A DNA stretch of 64,000 nucleotides from an uncultured Bacilli bacterium (lineage in GTDB: Bacteria; Bacillota_I; Bacilli_A; RF39; UBA660), in NCBI GenBank assembly GCA_934130175.1, contig CAKOXP010000003.1:27494-91493 (forward strand), in the 5' to 3' direction. Of the stretch, positions 1-10,020 are shown piece by piece; position 1 is the stretch's first letter, and each line of letters begins with the position of its first letter. Below the pieces are notes generated by a model that had not been told where the DNA came from, searched no databases, and saw only the letters and a list, made by a program, of their open reading frames with translations. The position numbers and the translations under genes were made by a program.

Positions 1-1653
1 TATGGAGTAACTTTCATGGTTGTCGCACCAGAACATCCAATAATAGATAAGAATAAAGATAAGGTTTCTAATTTTGATGAGATTGAATCATATCGTGAAA
101 AGATTAAAAATAAAACAGAATTCGAAAGAACTCAAGTAAATAAAGATAAGACAGGTGTATGTATAAAAGGTCTTACTGGAATAAATCCAATTACTAATAA
201 AGAAATTCCAATCTACATTTCAGACTATGTTATGATGAGTTATGGAACAGGAGCTATTATGGCAGTACCAGCCCATGATGAAAGAGATTATGAATTTGCT
301 AAAAAATTTGGAATTGATATAGTTGAGGTAATTAAAGGTGGAGATATTTCAGAAAAAGCTTACACTGGCGATGGTGAAATGGTTAACTCTGGAGTATTAA
401 ATGGACTAACTAATAAAAAAGATTCTATCAAGAAAATGATTGAATACCTAGAAGAAAATAACCTAGGTCATGAAAAAGTAAATTACAAATTACAAGACTG
501 GATATTCTCACGTCAAAGATTCTGGGGAGAACCAATTCCACTAGTTTATTGTGAAGATTGTGGTTGGGTTCCAGTAAAAGAAGAAGACTTACCAGTTAGA
601 CTTCCAGATGTTACAAACTATGAACCAACAGATGATGGTGAAAGTCCACTAGCAGCAATTACTGACTGGGTAAATACAACTTGTCCACATTGTGGAAAAC
701 CTGCTAAAAGAGAAACTGATACAATGCCAAACTGGGCAGGATCATCATGGTATTGGTTAAGATATATGGACGCTCATAATGATAAAGAATTCGCAAGTCA
801 AGATGCCTTAAAATATTGGGGTAAACTAGATTTCTATAATGGTGGTATGGAACATGCAACTAGACACTTACTATATGCTAGATTCTGGAATCAATTCTTA
901 TATAATATAGGATTAGTACCAAATAAAGAACCATTTGAAACAAGAGTAAGTCATGGTATGATTCTAGGAGAAGGCGGCGTTAAGATGTCAAAATCACTAG
1001 GAAATGTTGTAAATCCTGACGATATGGTATCTTCATACGGTGCAGATGCTTTAAGAACTTATGAAATGTTTATTGGTGACTATGAAAAAGAAGTTGCTTG
1101 GAGTGAACAAGGACTTAATGGATGTAAAAGATTTATTGATAGAGTAGTTAGAGTTGGAGAAAAAGTAACTGATAAAAATGGTTACTCAGAAAAGTTAGAA
1201 AATTTAATTCATAAAACTATAAAAAAAGTTACTGAAGACATAGATACAATGAAATTTAATACAGCAGTATCAGCTCTAATGATTTTACTAAACAAATTTG
1301 AAGAACAAGAAGAAATAACAAAAGATGATTACAGAACATTCTTAATCTTATTTAACCCAATTGCGCCACATATCACTGAAGAATTAAATGAAAAATATAA
1401 TTTAGGTGAAGCAATATGTAAGAGTAGTTGGCCTAAGTATGATGAGGCAAAAACTATAGACGAAGAAAAAGAAATAGCTGTTCAAGTTAATGGAAAAGTT
1501 CGTGCTACTATAAAAATTAATGTTAATGAAGACGAAGAATCAATAAAGGAAAAAGCTTTAAAAGAAGAAAATGTTAAAAATCATACTGATGGAAAAGAAA
1601 TTGTTAAAGTGATCGTTATTAAAGGTAAAATTGTAAATATTGTTGTTAAATAG
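1..1653 (+). CDS. leuS: Leucyl-tRNA synthetase, C-terminal ~550 aa (5-prime end outside window)
   Basis: Frame 1 is open from nt 1 (YGVTFMVVAPEHP...). Class I LeuS editing and anticodon-binding regions are recognisable (VPAHDERDYEFAKKFG, KMSKS motif as VKMSKSLGNVV). Stop TAG at 1651-1653. Confidence 0.9.
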   Translation, partial: YGVTFMVVAPEHPIIDKNKDKVSNFDEIESYREKIKNKTEFERTQVNKDKTGVCIKGLTGINPITNKEIPIYISDYVMMSYGTGAIMAVPAHDERDYEFAKKFGIDIVEVIKGGDISEKAYTGDGEMVNSGVLNGLTNKKDSIKKMIEYLEENNLGHEKVNYKLQDWIFSRQRFWGEPIPLVYCEDCGWVPVKEEDLPVRLPDVTNYEPTDDGESPLAAITDWVNTTCPHCGKPAKRETDTMPNWAGSSWYWLRYMDAHNDKEFASQDALKYWGKLDFYNGGMEHATRHLLYARFWNQFLYNIGLVPNKEPFETRVSHGMILGEGGVKMSKSLGNVVNPDDMVSSYGADALRTYEMFIGDYEKEVAWSEQGLNGCKRFIDRVVRVGEKVTDKNGYSEKLENLIHKTIKKVTEDIDTMKFNTAVSALMILLNKFEEQEEITKDDYRTFLILFNPIAPHITEELNEKYNLGEAICKSSWPKYDEAKTIDEEKEIAVQVNGKVRATIKINVNEDEESIKEKALKEENVKNHTDGKEIVKVIVIKGKIVNIVVK

Positions 1654-1771
1654 TTTTCAACAAGAAATGTGGAAAATAATATTCTACATTTCTTTTTTTT
1701 AACAGTTTTTGTGGACAAAGTATTTTATAACTATTATAATAAAAATTAATCATCAAAAAGGAGATAACATT

Positions 1772-2566
1772 ATGACTGGATTAGAATGGGAAAATTTTGA
1801 AAAATATGATAGTAAGGAATATATAGTAGAACAAAATAGTGAGTTTATTAAATACTATGAAGAAAAACTAAAAGAAGGTTATCATCCGACATTGAATCTA
1901 GATGAAATTCAGAATCTTATTGATAAATTAGCAATGTTTTTTGAATTTAAATATCCCGAAGAAATCTTTGATGCATTTAGATATGTTGGTGGCACAGAAA
2001 AGAAAGCTTTTTATGAATGCGTGAAGATAGCTAAAAAACTTGATATTGAACAATTAAAATATAGATTGAATCATGATGAATTGCGTTTCTTAGAATGTGA
2101 GTATCCAGTATATTTAACCTTAAGAAGACCTAAAAAATTATTTGGAAATTCTATTTCAATGATTAGAGTTGATAGTAATGGAAAAATTGCTTCATCCGAA
2201 CTAGAAGATTTAGAATTTGAGGATTTCATAAAAGACACAGATGGAATAACTAGAATTGAGGACCTCTTAGGAAGGTATTTTGGCTTAGAAACAGATGTTG
2301 ATTATAGCGAGTTAGAACGTGCCGTTACGAATCATAAAAATTCTGTTGCTATAAGAAATAAGGTTTTAGAGATGACCATGTTAAAAATGTTATATTCTTC
2401 TTTACCTGAACATGGTTATATCAGGGCTAAACGCTTTATGAGAATGTTTAATAAAGAATATGATTTAGATTTAAATATGGAAAAGTTAGATAGTATTATG
2501 AGTATTGATTATAAAGATACAAATTATGTAAAACAAAAAATAAAAGAAAGAAAACAAGCTTCTTAA
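1772..2566 (+). CDS. Hypothetical cytosolic protein
   Basis: Long ORF. Start moved to ATG 1772, which has the RBS AAAGGAG 8 nt upstream; the track start 1709 has no RBS. No recognisable family. Confidence 0.5.
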   Translation: MTGLEWENFEKYDSKEYIVEQNSEFIKYYEEKLKEGYHPTLNLDEIQNLIDKLAMFFEFKYPEEIFDAFRYVGGTEKKAFYECVKIAKKLDIEQLKYRLNHDELRFLECEYPVYLTLRRPKKLFGNSISMIRVDSNGKIASSELEDLEFEDFIKDTDGITRIEDLLGRYFGLETDVDYSELERAVTNHKNSVAIRNKVLEMTMLKMLYSSLPEHGYIRAKRFMRMFNKEYDLDLNMEKLDSIMSIDYKDTNYVKQKIKERKQAS

Positions 2567-2686
2567 TCTTTCTTTTTTTGTGAAATTACTTAGAAAATAG
2601 CAAGTTATAACAATTAAATTTATCTATATAAATGTTTAAAAAAATAAAGATCTATGATAATATAAGTATGATTGGATGTTGATAAG

Positions 2687-4351
2687 ATGAAGAAAAAAAG
2701 AGTTAATAAAAACAAAGATATTATGAAAAAGAACAATTTTGTTCAAGGGGCTTTTATTGCAACACTTGGTATTGTTATAACTAAAATACTTGGTATTTTA
2801 TATGTAATTCCTTTTTATGCAATTATAGGTGAACAGGGTGGAGCTCTATATGGATATGCTTATTCAATATATTTGGTATTTATGGCTATATCATCCGCTG
2901 GAATTCCTTTGGCTATAAGCAAAATAATAAGTGAATATCAAACTCTTGGTTATTACGATGCCAAGCAAAGAGCTTTTAAAATAGGTAAACAAATAGCAAC
3001 AACACTAGGTATATTATGTTTCATTATTTTATTTGTTTTTGCTCCACAGATTGCAACAGCAATACTTGGAGACTTAAAAGGTGGTAACACTATCGAAGAT
3101 GTCACTTTTGTTATAAGAGTAATTTCAACAGCTATAACAGTAGTTCCTGTTTTAAGTATTTATAGAGGTTATTTTGAAGGACATAAATTCATTACACCTA
3201 CAGCTGTTTCCCAAGTATTTGAACAAGTAGTTCGTGTTTTAGTAATAGTAGTTGGAAGTTTTCTAACTTTAAAAGTATTTAAATTATCTTTAACTACTGC
3301 TGTTGGTGTTGCTGTTTTTGGAGCAACAGTTGGTTCGTTTGCTTCATATTTCTACTTAATAGAAAAAAGATTTAAGAATAAGAAAAAATTTGAAGAAAAA
3401 GAATTAAACGTTAAAGAACCAAAAATTACTAATAAACAGATATTAAAAAAGATTATGATTTATGCTTTTCCATTAATCATGATTGATATATTCAAATCTT
3501 TATATAGTGTTGTTGATACTGTTACAGTTGTTAAAACATTAGGACCAATCTATGGAACAAAAACAGCTGAAAGTATTATGAGTATTTTATCTACTTGGGC
3601 TGCTAAATTCAATATGATAATCATTTCTATATCAACAGGAATGATAGTAAGTTTAACTCCTAACTTAACAGCAAGTGCTGTAGTTGGAAATACAGAAGAT
3701 GTTAAAAAGAAGATAAATCAAAGTTTTCAAATGTTAATATTTTTAATACTTCCAATGACAGTTGGATTAAGCTTTTTAGCAAAACCTGTTTATACAGTTT
3801 TCTATGGAGCTAGTAAATATGGTCCATCAGTATTATCTTTTTATGTATATGTGGCCTTAATTACAGCTTTATTTACAACAGCAATAACTATTACTCAAGT
3901 CTTAAAATATTATAAAGTTGTTTTTGTAAGTTTAGCCTCAGGTCTAGTTTTAAAATCTTTAATAAATGTTAGTTTAATAAATCAATTATATAATTTAGGT
4001 TTGCCTGGTTATTATGGGTCTGTTCTAGCATCTATTTTAGGTTATGGTTTATCATTTATTATTTGTTTAATAGCTCTTCATAAAAAATGCGGAGTTAATT
4101 ATGAGAAAACTATAAAACAAACAATTAATGCTTTATGTGGAACAGTTTTAATGGTTTTAGTATTATCAGTCGTTAAATTAGTTGTTCCAATCTCTGTAGC
4201 ATCAAGATTTTTAAACATCTTAATAATCGTCGTATATGCAATTATTGGTATGATTACATATTTCATCTATATGAAAAAAACACACTCAATTGATGAGGTG
4301 TTTGGTAAAGACTTCCTAAATAAATTTAAGAAGAAAAAGAAAAGAGCTTAA
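2687..4351 (+). CDS. MOP-superfamily flippase (MurJ/Wzx/SpoVB-like polysaccharide biosynthesis protein), ~14 TM
   Basis: Polytopic membrane protein with the N-terminal pattern typical of the MurJ/SpoVB/YtgP family (GAFIATLGIVITKILGILYVIPFYAIIG...). Start ambiguous: TTG 2672, ATG 2687 or ATG 2723. Confidence 0.6.
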   Translation: MKKKRVNKNKDIMKKNNFVQGAFIATLGIVITKILGILYVIPFYAIIGEQGGALYGYAYSIYLVFMAISSAGIPLAISKIISEYQTLGYYDAKQRAFKIGKQIATTLGILCFIILFVFAPQIATAILGDLKGGNTIEDVTFVIRVISTAITVVPVLSIYRGYFEGHKFITPTAVSQVFEQVVRVLVIVVGSFLTLKVFKLSLTTAVGVAVFGATVGSFASYFYLIEKRFKNKKKFEEKELNVKEPKITNKQILKKIMIYAFPLIMIDIFKSLYSVVDTVTVVKTLGPIYGTKTAESIMSILSTWAAKFNMIIISISTGMIVSLTPNLTASAVVGNTEDVKKKINQSFQMLIFLILPMTVGLSFLAKPVYTVFYGASKYGPSVLSFYVYVALITALFTTAITITQVLKYYKVVFVSLASGLVLKSLINVSLINQLYNLGLPGYYGSVLASILGYGLSFIICLIALHKKCGVNYEKTIKQTINALCGTVLMVLVLSVVKLVVPISVASRFLNILIIVVYAIIGMITYFIYMKKTHSIDEVFGKDFLNKFKKKKKRA

Positions 4352-4368
4352 TTGCTCTTTTTTAATAT
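4342..4368. terminator. Bidirectional rho-independent terminator between convergent genes
   Basis: AAGAGC-ttaatt-GCTCTT hairpin followed by a T run. The + strand stop codon lies in the loop, and an A run precedes it for the minus-strand gene. Confidence 0.5.
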
Positions 4369-5537
4369 CTATTTTTATTTGCAAGCTTTTTCATTTCTCT
4401 TTTATAGGCAATAGTTCTAAGAACATAATTATATTCCCCAATAAGTTCAATGACTTTACCATTATACATTTTATAATCATTTAATAATTTATTATTTTCT
4501 AAACTATTTCCAATACCATTGAAATTAAATACTTCAATTCCCTTTTTCTTAGCAAATTTAATTTCTTCATAAAAGCAAGAACTTAATGGGTTAAAATTAT
4601 TAAATTTATCAATAACAACAGTACCTAGTACAAGATATTCATTATTATAAATTACAGATAAAACTCCTCCAAGCATGATTTTATGTCCATATTTATATTG
4701 CATATTCTTAATTGTTTCTATTTGTTTATCTAACTTTTCAATTAAACTGGGATTATTTCCAATATTATTTTTACTTTCAATTGTTGACTTTAAATATTCA
4801 TCAATATCAAGTTCACTAATAGATATTCTTAATAAGTTATGTTGAGATAGTATATCTATAATATTTTTAAAATTATTTTTATTAAGATCAAGATAATTAA
4901 TAACATTATTATTATTTATCATCATATCTAAGTATTTATTATATTCTTCTTTTTTTAAAGGATAAGTAGTAATTCCAATTGAAGAATTTCTTTTAATGAT
5001 TTCTTGTAAAGATAAGTCAAAATCATTAAATATTTCTTCTTCATTTTTACCTTTTAAGTTTAATTTATATAGAAATGAAGGTTTTAATAAATAATCAGGA
5101 TTATCTATTTTTTTCCAGTCTAAATTAGTTAAGTTTTCTACTACTTTAGAATTGTTTAGGCCACCCTCAATTAAATCACCAGAAAAATTACGATCATGAT
5201 ACATAACATTAGGATCTATTTTTATGTATATTCCTTTTTTTTCTTTAGCAAAATCTTTAATTGCAATCGTAAATATATTAAGTAGTTTTTCATCACGATA
5301 ATCTATAATAAAACCTCTAGGTGCATAGAAAACTCTTTTTCCAAACATTGAAACATTTTTAGATAATAGCATACAACAAGCACGTATAATTCCATCTTGT
5401 TCTAGACCAAGAAAATAAGTGTGATATCCTTCTTTTCTTTCTATTTGAGCGAAATACTTGCTTTGAAAAAAATTATCTTGTATACTTTCTTTACAAAAAT
5501 TTTCAAACTCTTTCTTATTTATTTCTATTAACCTCAT
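4362..5537 (-). CDS. FemAB-family peptidoglycan interpeptide-bridge aminoacyltransferase (paralog 2)
   Basis: N-terminus FxxSxYFAQ...YFLGL...KRVFYAPRGFIIDY matches the FemX/FemA/FemB/MurM fold. RBS AAGGAG lies 7 nt before ATG 5537. Overlaps the upstream paralog by 23 nt. Confidence 0.75.
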   Translation of the reverse strand: MRLIEINKKEFENFCKESIQDNFFQSKYFAQIERKEGYHTYFLGLEQDGIIRACCMLLSKNVSMFGKRVFYAPRGFIIDYRDEKLLNIFTIAIKDFAKEKKGIYIKIDPNVMYHDRNFSGDLIEGGLNNSKVVENLTNLDWKKIDNPDYLLKPSFLYKLNLKGKNEEEIFNDFDLSLQEIIKRNSSIGITTYPLKKEEYNKYLDMMINNNNVINYLDLNKNNFKNIIDILSQHNLLRISISELDIDEYLKSTIESKNNIGNNPSLIEKLDKQIETIKNMQYKYGHKIMLGGVLSVIYNNEYLVLGTVVIDKFNNFNPLSSCFYEEIKFAKKKGIEVFNFNGIGNSLENNKLLNDYKMYNGKVIELIGEYNYVLRTIAYKREMKKLANKNRY

Positions 5538-6828
5538 TATTAATCTCCTTTTTACTTCTTTTCCTTACTAATTTTCTATAAAACGGTACTAGTTTAGTAA
5601 ATACAAAGTACATAAAATGATTAGTAATATAATCAAACTCTCCTAGAAATTCTACATAATCTCCACCAAACTTTTTCTTAAATTCATGAAGTCCCATACG
5701 TGGATTATCTTTTCTTAAATCTCCTATAGTTCCAAACTGATCATATATTTTAACTCCATGTTCATAAGCATATTTTATATGTTCAAAATAAGTATTATAA
5801 TTAGCGTAGCTTTCAGTTAAAACATTATGATTTCCTGCGTATAGCACCCAAGCTTTATCTTGATAGAATATTATCATATGAGCATTAAGAGTTATTATTT
5901 TTCCATATTTATCTTGAGCATCTTTATACTTTTCAATTTCTTTTTCATTCTTATCAAAACTTTTCTCTAATTCTTTAAGTTTATTTTTACTACTTTTACT
6001 TAGTGATGATGTATCAGTTCCAAATTCTTTTATTTTTGCATCAATTTCTTTATTAGCGTTTTCTAAATTATTGATGACTTTTTCGGTATTAACTTTTCCT
6101 AAAAATAGTTTTACCATGTTATTTTTTGATAAAATTTCATATTGAGTTTTATAATAATCTTTAGAATAAGAAACAAAGTCTTTTCTATTTTCTGTAAGCA
6201 TCATTAAATTATAAAAAGTATCAATATCATCAATTGTACCAATTTCAACTTCTGTTTCTAAATTTTTAGCTTTTTGAATTCTTTGTTTTGTTGTTTTTGA
6301 AAAATGATTGTAAATATCATCAAAACTATTATTCATATCAATTCTAAAAGTATATCTTGGTTGCATCGTTTCAAAATTTTTTGTAAACCCCAAATGTTTA
6401 AATCCACAGTTTATTATATTTTTAAATATTTCTGAAGCATTATTATCTAATTTGATTTCTTCATTATTATAGTTGTATGATTTTCTGATAATATCTGGAT
6501 CAATCTTTAAAAATATTGCTTTTTTCGTTTTTACAAAGCTAATTACTTTTTTAGTCATTTCATCAAATAATTCAAAATCATTATAATCAATAACAAAACC
6601 TCTTGGAGAGTAGAAATAAGAATATCCTAAAGGTAATTTTTTTTCTAGTAATAAACAAGCTGCTTTTACTTTCTTTTTATCATCGACTAATCCCATATAG
6701 TAAGGATTTAAATTCTTTTTCTCTTTAGAAAATTCTCCCCAATAATAAGATTGTAAAAAATGAGATTTTGGATTATCTTTCATGAAATCTTCAAATTGTT
6801 CTTTTTCTAGTTCTACTAATTTATTCAT
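5515..6828 (-). CDS. FemAB-family peptidoglycan interpeptide-bridge aminoacyltransferase (paralog 1, with coiled-coil insert)
   Basis: HFLQSYYWGEF...YSYFYSPRGFVIDY N-terminal domain plus a central coiled-coil region as in FemA/FemB. Arranged in tandem with the second Fem paralog. Confidence 0.75.
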   Translation of the reverse strand: MNKLVELEKEQFEDFMKDNPKSHFLQSYYWGEFSKEKKNLNPYYMGLVDDKKKVKAACLLLEKKLPLGYSYFYSPRGFVIDYNDFELFDEMTKKVISFVKTKKAIFLKIDPDIIRKSYNYNNEEIKLDNNASEIFKNIINCGFKHLGFTKNFETMQPRYTFRIDMNNSFDDIYNHFSKTTKQRIQKAKNLETEVEIGTIDDIDTFYNLMMLTENRKDFVSYSKDYYKTQYEILSKNNMVKLFLGKVNTEKVINNLENANKEIDAKIKEFGTDTSSLSKSSKNKLKELEKSFDKNEKEIEKYKDAQDKYGKIITLNAHMIIFYQDKAWVLYAGNHNVLTESYANYNTYFEHIKYAYEHGVKIYDQFGTIGDLRKDNPRMGLHEFKKKFGGDYVEFLGEFDYITNHFMYFVFTKLVPFYRKLVRKRSKKEINNEVNRNK

Positions 6829-6894
6829 TATATCCCAACTTTCTACTATATTTATATTGTACCAAAATTATTGTGAAAAATCATTATATTTAAC

Positions 6895-6922
6895 AAAAAA
6901 AAGAACACTTCTAGGTGTTCTA
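6895..6922 (-). terminator. Rho-independent terminator of the small minus-strand gene
   Basis: GAACAC-ttctag-GTGTTC hairpin immediately 3-prime (minus sense) of the stop, followed by T8 on the minus strand. Confidence 0.4.
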
Positions 6923-7132
6923 AACCATGTATATGCCGCCTTCATCATTTGGATTATTATCTTTAGTAGAAACTAATGGTTTATATTCATATGTATTTAC
7001 TTTTTTTTCAAGTCTATGGAGTTCTCGCTCTAACCTATTAACTCTTTGTTCAAGTTCACTTATTTTATTATATTGAAATTGTGGATTCATCATATTAAAG
7101 TCTGGCATAAATGGATATGGCATGTTATTCAT
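6920..7132 (-). CDS. Small Pro/Met/Asn-rich coiled-coil protein, hypothetical (spore-coat-like composition)
   Basis: 70 aa ORF with a strong RBS (AAAGGAGtaattATG) and its own terminator. N-terminus MNNMPYPFMPDFNMMNPQF, then a heptad coiled coil. Confidence 0.45.
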   Translation of the reverse strand: MNNMPYPFMPDFNMMNPQFQYNKISELEQRVNRLERELHRLEKKVNTYEYKPLVSTKDNNPNDEGGIYMV

Positions 7133-7211
7133 AATTACTCCTTTATTCGTTTTATTATATGCATTAATATATATTATGTGATAGAATAACTATAGAAGCG
7201 AGGTAGTAATT

Positions 7212-7853
7212 ATGAGAATTAGAAATGTTAAAAATAAAGAAGAAATCTTAAATAATTCCAAAATTGTAATTAAAAATCCTGAAGATTATAGAGGAAAGTG
7301 GCAAGAATTTTTTAATAATACTAATCCTATTTATATAGAAATTGGCATGGGAAAAGGAAAGTTTATTTTAGAAAACGCTAAAAAATATCCTAATATTAAT
7401 TTTATAGGTCTTGAAAAACAAGATAGTATTATCGCTAAAAGTGTAAAAAAGTTAGATGAAGAATTACCTAATTTAGTTATAGTTAGATTAGATGCCTTAA
7501 ATATAGATAAGGTATTTTCAAAAGAAATATCAAGAATATATTTGAACTTTTCTGACCCATGGCCTAAAGTTCGACATCATTTGCGTAGACTAACTAGTAG
7601 TATATTTTTAGATAAGTATGATTTAATTTTTAAAGATACAAAAGAAATTTATATGAGAACAGATAATGCTTTATTATTTACTTATTCAATAGAATCTTTA
7701 AGTAATCATAATTATTTTCTAAAAGATATTTCACTTTCATTGCACGATGATAGCAAAGAAGAGTTGATAACTACAGAATATGAAGATAAGTTTTCTAGTG
7801 AAAATAAACCAATCTATTCTTTAGTTGCAACTTCTTCTAAATGTCTAAAATAG
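7212..7853 (+). CDS. trmB: tRNA (guanine46-N7)-methyltransferase
   Basis: SAM-MTase motif IEIGMGKG and the TrmB-specific NFSDPWPK motif. Typical length of 213 aa. Confidence 0.85.
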   Translation: MRIRNVKNKEEILNNSKIVIKNPEDYRGKWQEFFNNTNPIYIEIGMGKGKFILENAKKYPNINFIGLEKQDSIIAKSVKKLDEELPNLVIVRLDALNIDKVFSKEISRIYLNFSDPWPKVRHHLRRLTSSIFLDKYDLIFKDTKEIYMRTDNALLFTYSIESLSNHNYFLKDISLSLHDDSKEELITTEYEDKFSSENKPIYSLVATSSKCLK

Positions 7854-7922
7854 TAAATAATTTAGGAAAATATTTTTATTTTTATAAATTTTTGTTATAA
7901 TGAAGTATAGAGTAGGTGGAAT

Positions 7923-8585
7923 ATGAAAAGATTATTTGTTCTAATAGTAATTTTTGGCCTATTTTTAACAGGATGTAGCGTTACTAATTTAAATGGTAAA
8001 AATATTGATGATATAGTAAATACAATACTTGTTAAAAAGTCTAAATTAAAGAATACTAATTTTGATGGTTATAGTTATTACACACCAAGAGGTTTATATT
8101 TTATAAATAAAAATGACTATAATTCAATACTAAGAGATAATAGTAATAACTACTACTATATGTATACAGATGTTGTTAGTTATTATCATAAGATTAAGAA
8201 AACTTATAAAGAAAATGCAGATGCTTACTATTCTAAAACTATTAAGAATAAGGATAAATTTGGTTATATAGAAATTAACAAGGAAGATTCTTATTATTTT
8301 ATAGAATTGATGTATAATTATACAAATATAGAAGCGTATGTAAAAGAAAAAAATCTTGATGATGCTCTTACTAATATATGTACTATCTTATCATCAGTTA
8401 AATATAATGATAAGGTTTTAGCAACTACAGTTGGTGAAAATGAGTTAAGTTATAAAGAAGAGACATTTAACATCTTTAAAACTAAAAAGAAAGCTACTGA
8501 TTTCTTGGACTATGTAAAAGAATATGATAATGTTTCTAAAGATAAAAAAGATGAAGATAATCTAAAGATAGAGGAAAATGAATAG
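7923..8585 (+). CDS. Lipoprotein, hypothetical
   Basis: Signal peptide with lipobox LTGC (MKRLFVLIVIFGLFLTGCS). RBS GGTGG. Confidence 0.6.
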   Translation: MKRLFVLIVIFGLFLTGCSVTNLNGKNIDDIVNTILVKKSKLKNTNFDGYSYYTPRGLYFINKNDYNSILRDNSNNYYYMYTDVVSYYHKIKKTYKENADAYYSKTIKNKDKFGYIEINKEDSYYFIELMYNYTNIEAYVKEKNLDDALTNICTILSSVKYNDKVLATTVGENELSYKEETFNIFKTKKKATDFLDYVKEYDNVSKDKKDEDNLKIEENE

Positions 8586-8596
8586 AGGTGTAATTT

Positions 8597-9718
8597 ATGA
8601 AATTATTAGATAAATTAAAGAATGCCCTTTTTGAAGAGGAGTATGTAGAAGTAGAAGAAAAGCCTAAAAAAAAGCCTATTAAAAAAGAAGTAAAAAAAGT
8701 ACAAAAAGATATTCCTAAACAAATAGATGAAGAAAAACCTATTGCGAAAAAGATTGTCTTACCAGAAAGAAATGAAGTTAAAGTAACTACACATGAAGAT
8801 ATTGAAGAATATGATGATGAAGATGATTTTACAAGTGAAAAAACAAGAGCTGATGAAATTAAACAAAAACACCGTTTTCCAATGATTAGTGATAATGAAT
8901 TTGATATTCCTGAAAAGAAATTTGAAGAACCAAAAGTTGATTATATAGAAAAGCCGGTTGTAAAAGAAGAATTAAGACCATATAAACAAGATGTAGTAGA
9001 ACCACACTCTAAACCATATGGAATTGAAGATTCGCCAATTAAAGAAGTTGAGTATGGAGCGTATGAGAAAAAAGAAGAAAGAACCTATTTTAAACCTTCA
9101 CCAATTATTTCTCCAATTTATGGAATTTTAGATAAAAATTATAAAAAAGAAGAAATAGTTCCTAAAAGAGAAGTAAGATTAACAAGTAGTTATGCTCGTG
9201 AAAACTTAGATTTAGATGAAGTAAGAAAAAAAGCTTATGGAGTAGTATCAACAAAAACAGAAGAAGATGAATCAGAAAAAAAACATGAAGCTCCTGCTGA
9301 AGAAAGTAACTTAATGGATCAAGAATTAGTTGATTTAACAAGTAATAATTCAACTCCAGAAATAAAAAAAGTAACAATGGGAGATGCTGAAGAATACTTT
9401 AATGACTTAGGACTTGAGTATAATGTTGACTATCAAGATGGAGCAAAAACAAAAGCTATAGGTAGAAGATATAATGAAGATGAAGATACTGACAAGAATA
9501 TAGAAGAATCAAAAGAAATATCTGAAGTTAACAGTGATGCCAAAATTATAGAAGAAGAAAAAATAGAAGTACCTGAAGAAAAAGGAAAACACGAAGGATT
9601 TAGTCCAGTTGTAGATAAAGAAGAATATGAACAAAAAAAGGCTAAAGAAGAAGACAATGATGATGTTGATGATGATAATTTATTTGATTTAATTGATTCA
9701 ATGTATGATAAAGAGTAA
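8597..9718 (+). CDS. Highly acidic K/E/D-rich low-complexity protein with N-terminal amphipathic helix (SepF/MinD-type membrane-targeting-like)
   Basis: 373 aa, about 45% charged residues. N-terminus MKLLDKLKNALFEEE resembles the SepF N-terminal membrane-binding helix, but no SepF C-terminal domain is present. RBS GAGGTG. Confidence 0.5.
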   Translation: MKLLDKLKNALFEEEYVEVEEKPKKKPIKKEVKKVQKDIPKQIDEEKPIAKKIVLPERNEVKVTTHEDIEEYDDEDDFTSEKTRADEIKQKHRFPMISDNEFDIPEKKFEEPKVDYIEKPVVKEELRPYKQDVVEPHSKPYGIEDSPIKEVEYGAYEKKEERTYFKPSPIISPIYGILDKNYKKEEIVPKREVRLTSSYARENLDLDEVRKKAYGVVSTKTEEDESEKKHEAPAEESNLMDQELVDLTSNNSTPEIKKVTMGDAEEYFNDLGLEYNVDYQDGAKTKAIGRRYNEDEDTDKNIEESKEISEVNSDAKIIEEEKIEVPEEKGKHEGFSPVVDKEEYEQKKAKEEDNDDVDDDNLFDLIDSMYDKE

Positions 9719-9732
9719 AGGGGAAATGTAAA

Positions 9733-10020
9733 ATGACAGATTTAGCAACAATTTTACCAATAATATTGTATATTTTTGGTATAATATTAATGATAGTACT
9801 AATTATTTTAGGATTAAAACTTTTGCAAATGTTTGATAAAATGGATAGAATTTTAGATAATATTGAAGATAAAGTTAATTCTTTAAATGGTATCTTTTAT
9901 GTAATTAATAAAACTACTAGTAGCATAGACTTAATTAGTACTAAAGTAGTAAATAGTATTACTAATATAGTTTCAAGACTATTTAAAAGAAAAAATAAGG
10001 AGGATGATACTAATGAGTAA
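9733..10020 (+). CDS. DUF948-family small membrane protein (YtxG-like)
   Basis: N-terminal TM helix followed by a coiled coil; located directly upstream of a YtxH-like gene, as in the B. subtilis ytxGHJ operon. Confidence 0.55.
   Translation: MTDLATILPIILYIFGIILMIVLIILGLKLLQMFDKMDRILDNIEDKVNSLNGIFYVINKTTSSIDLISTKVVNSITNIVSRLFKRKNKEDDTNE

Noticed and set aside
6782-6976. 64-aa + strand ORF spanning the fem promoter region and the end of the small minus-strand gene
   Set aside because: It overlaps a minus-strand terminator hairpin and the C-terminus of a gene with a good RBS. It has no RBS of its own and is hydrophobic nonsense.
9162-9657. Two antisense ORFs (9162-9377, 9433-9657) opposite the acidic protein gene
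   Set aside because: They arise from GAA/AAG-rich low-complexity coding on the + strand and translate to Leu/Phe/Ser-rich nonsense. They have no RBS and lie entirely within a well-supported CDS.
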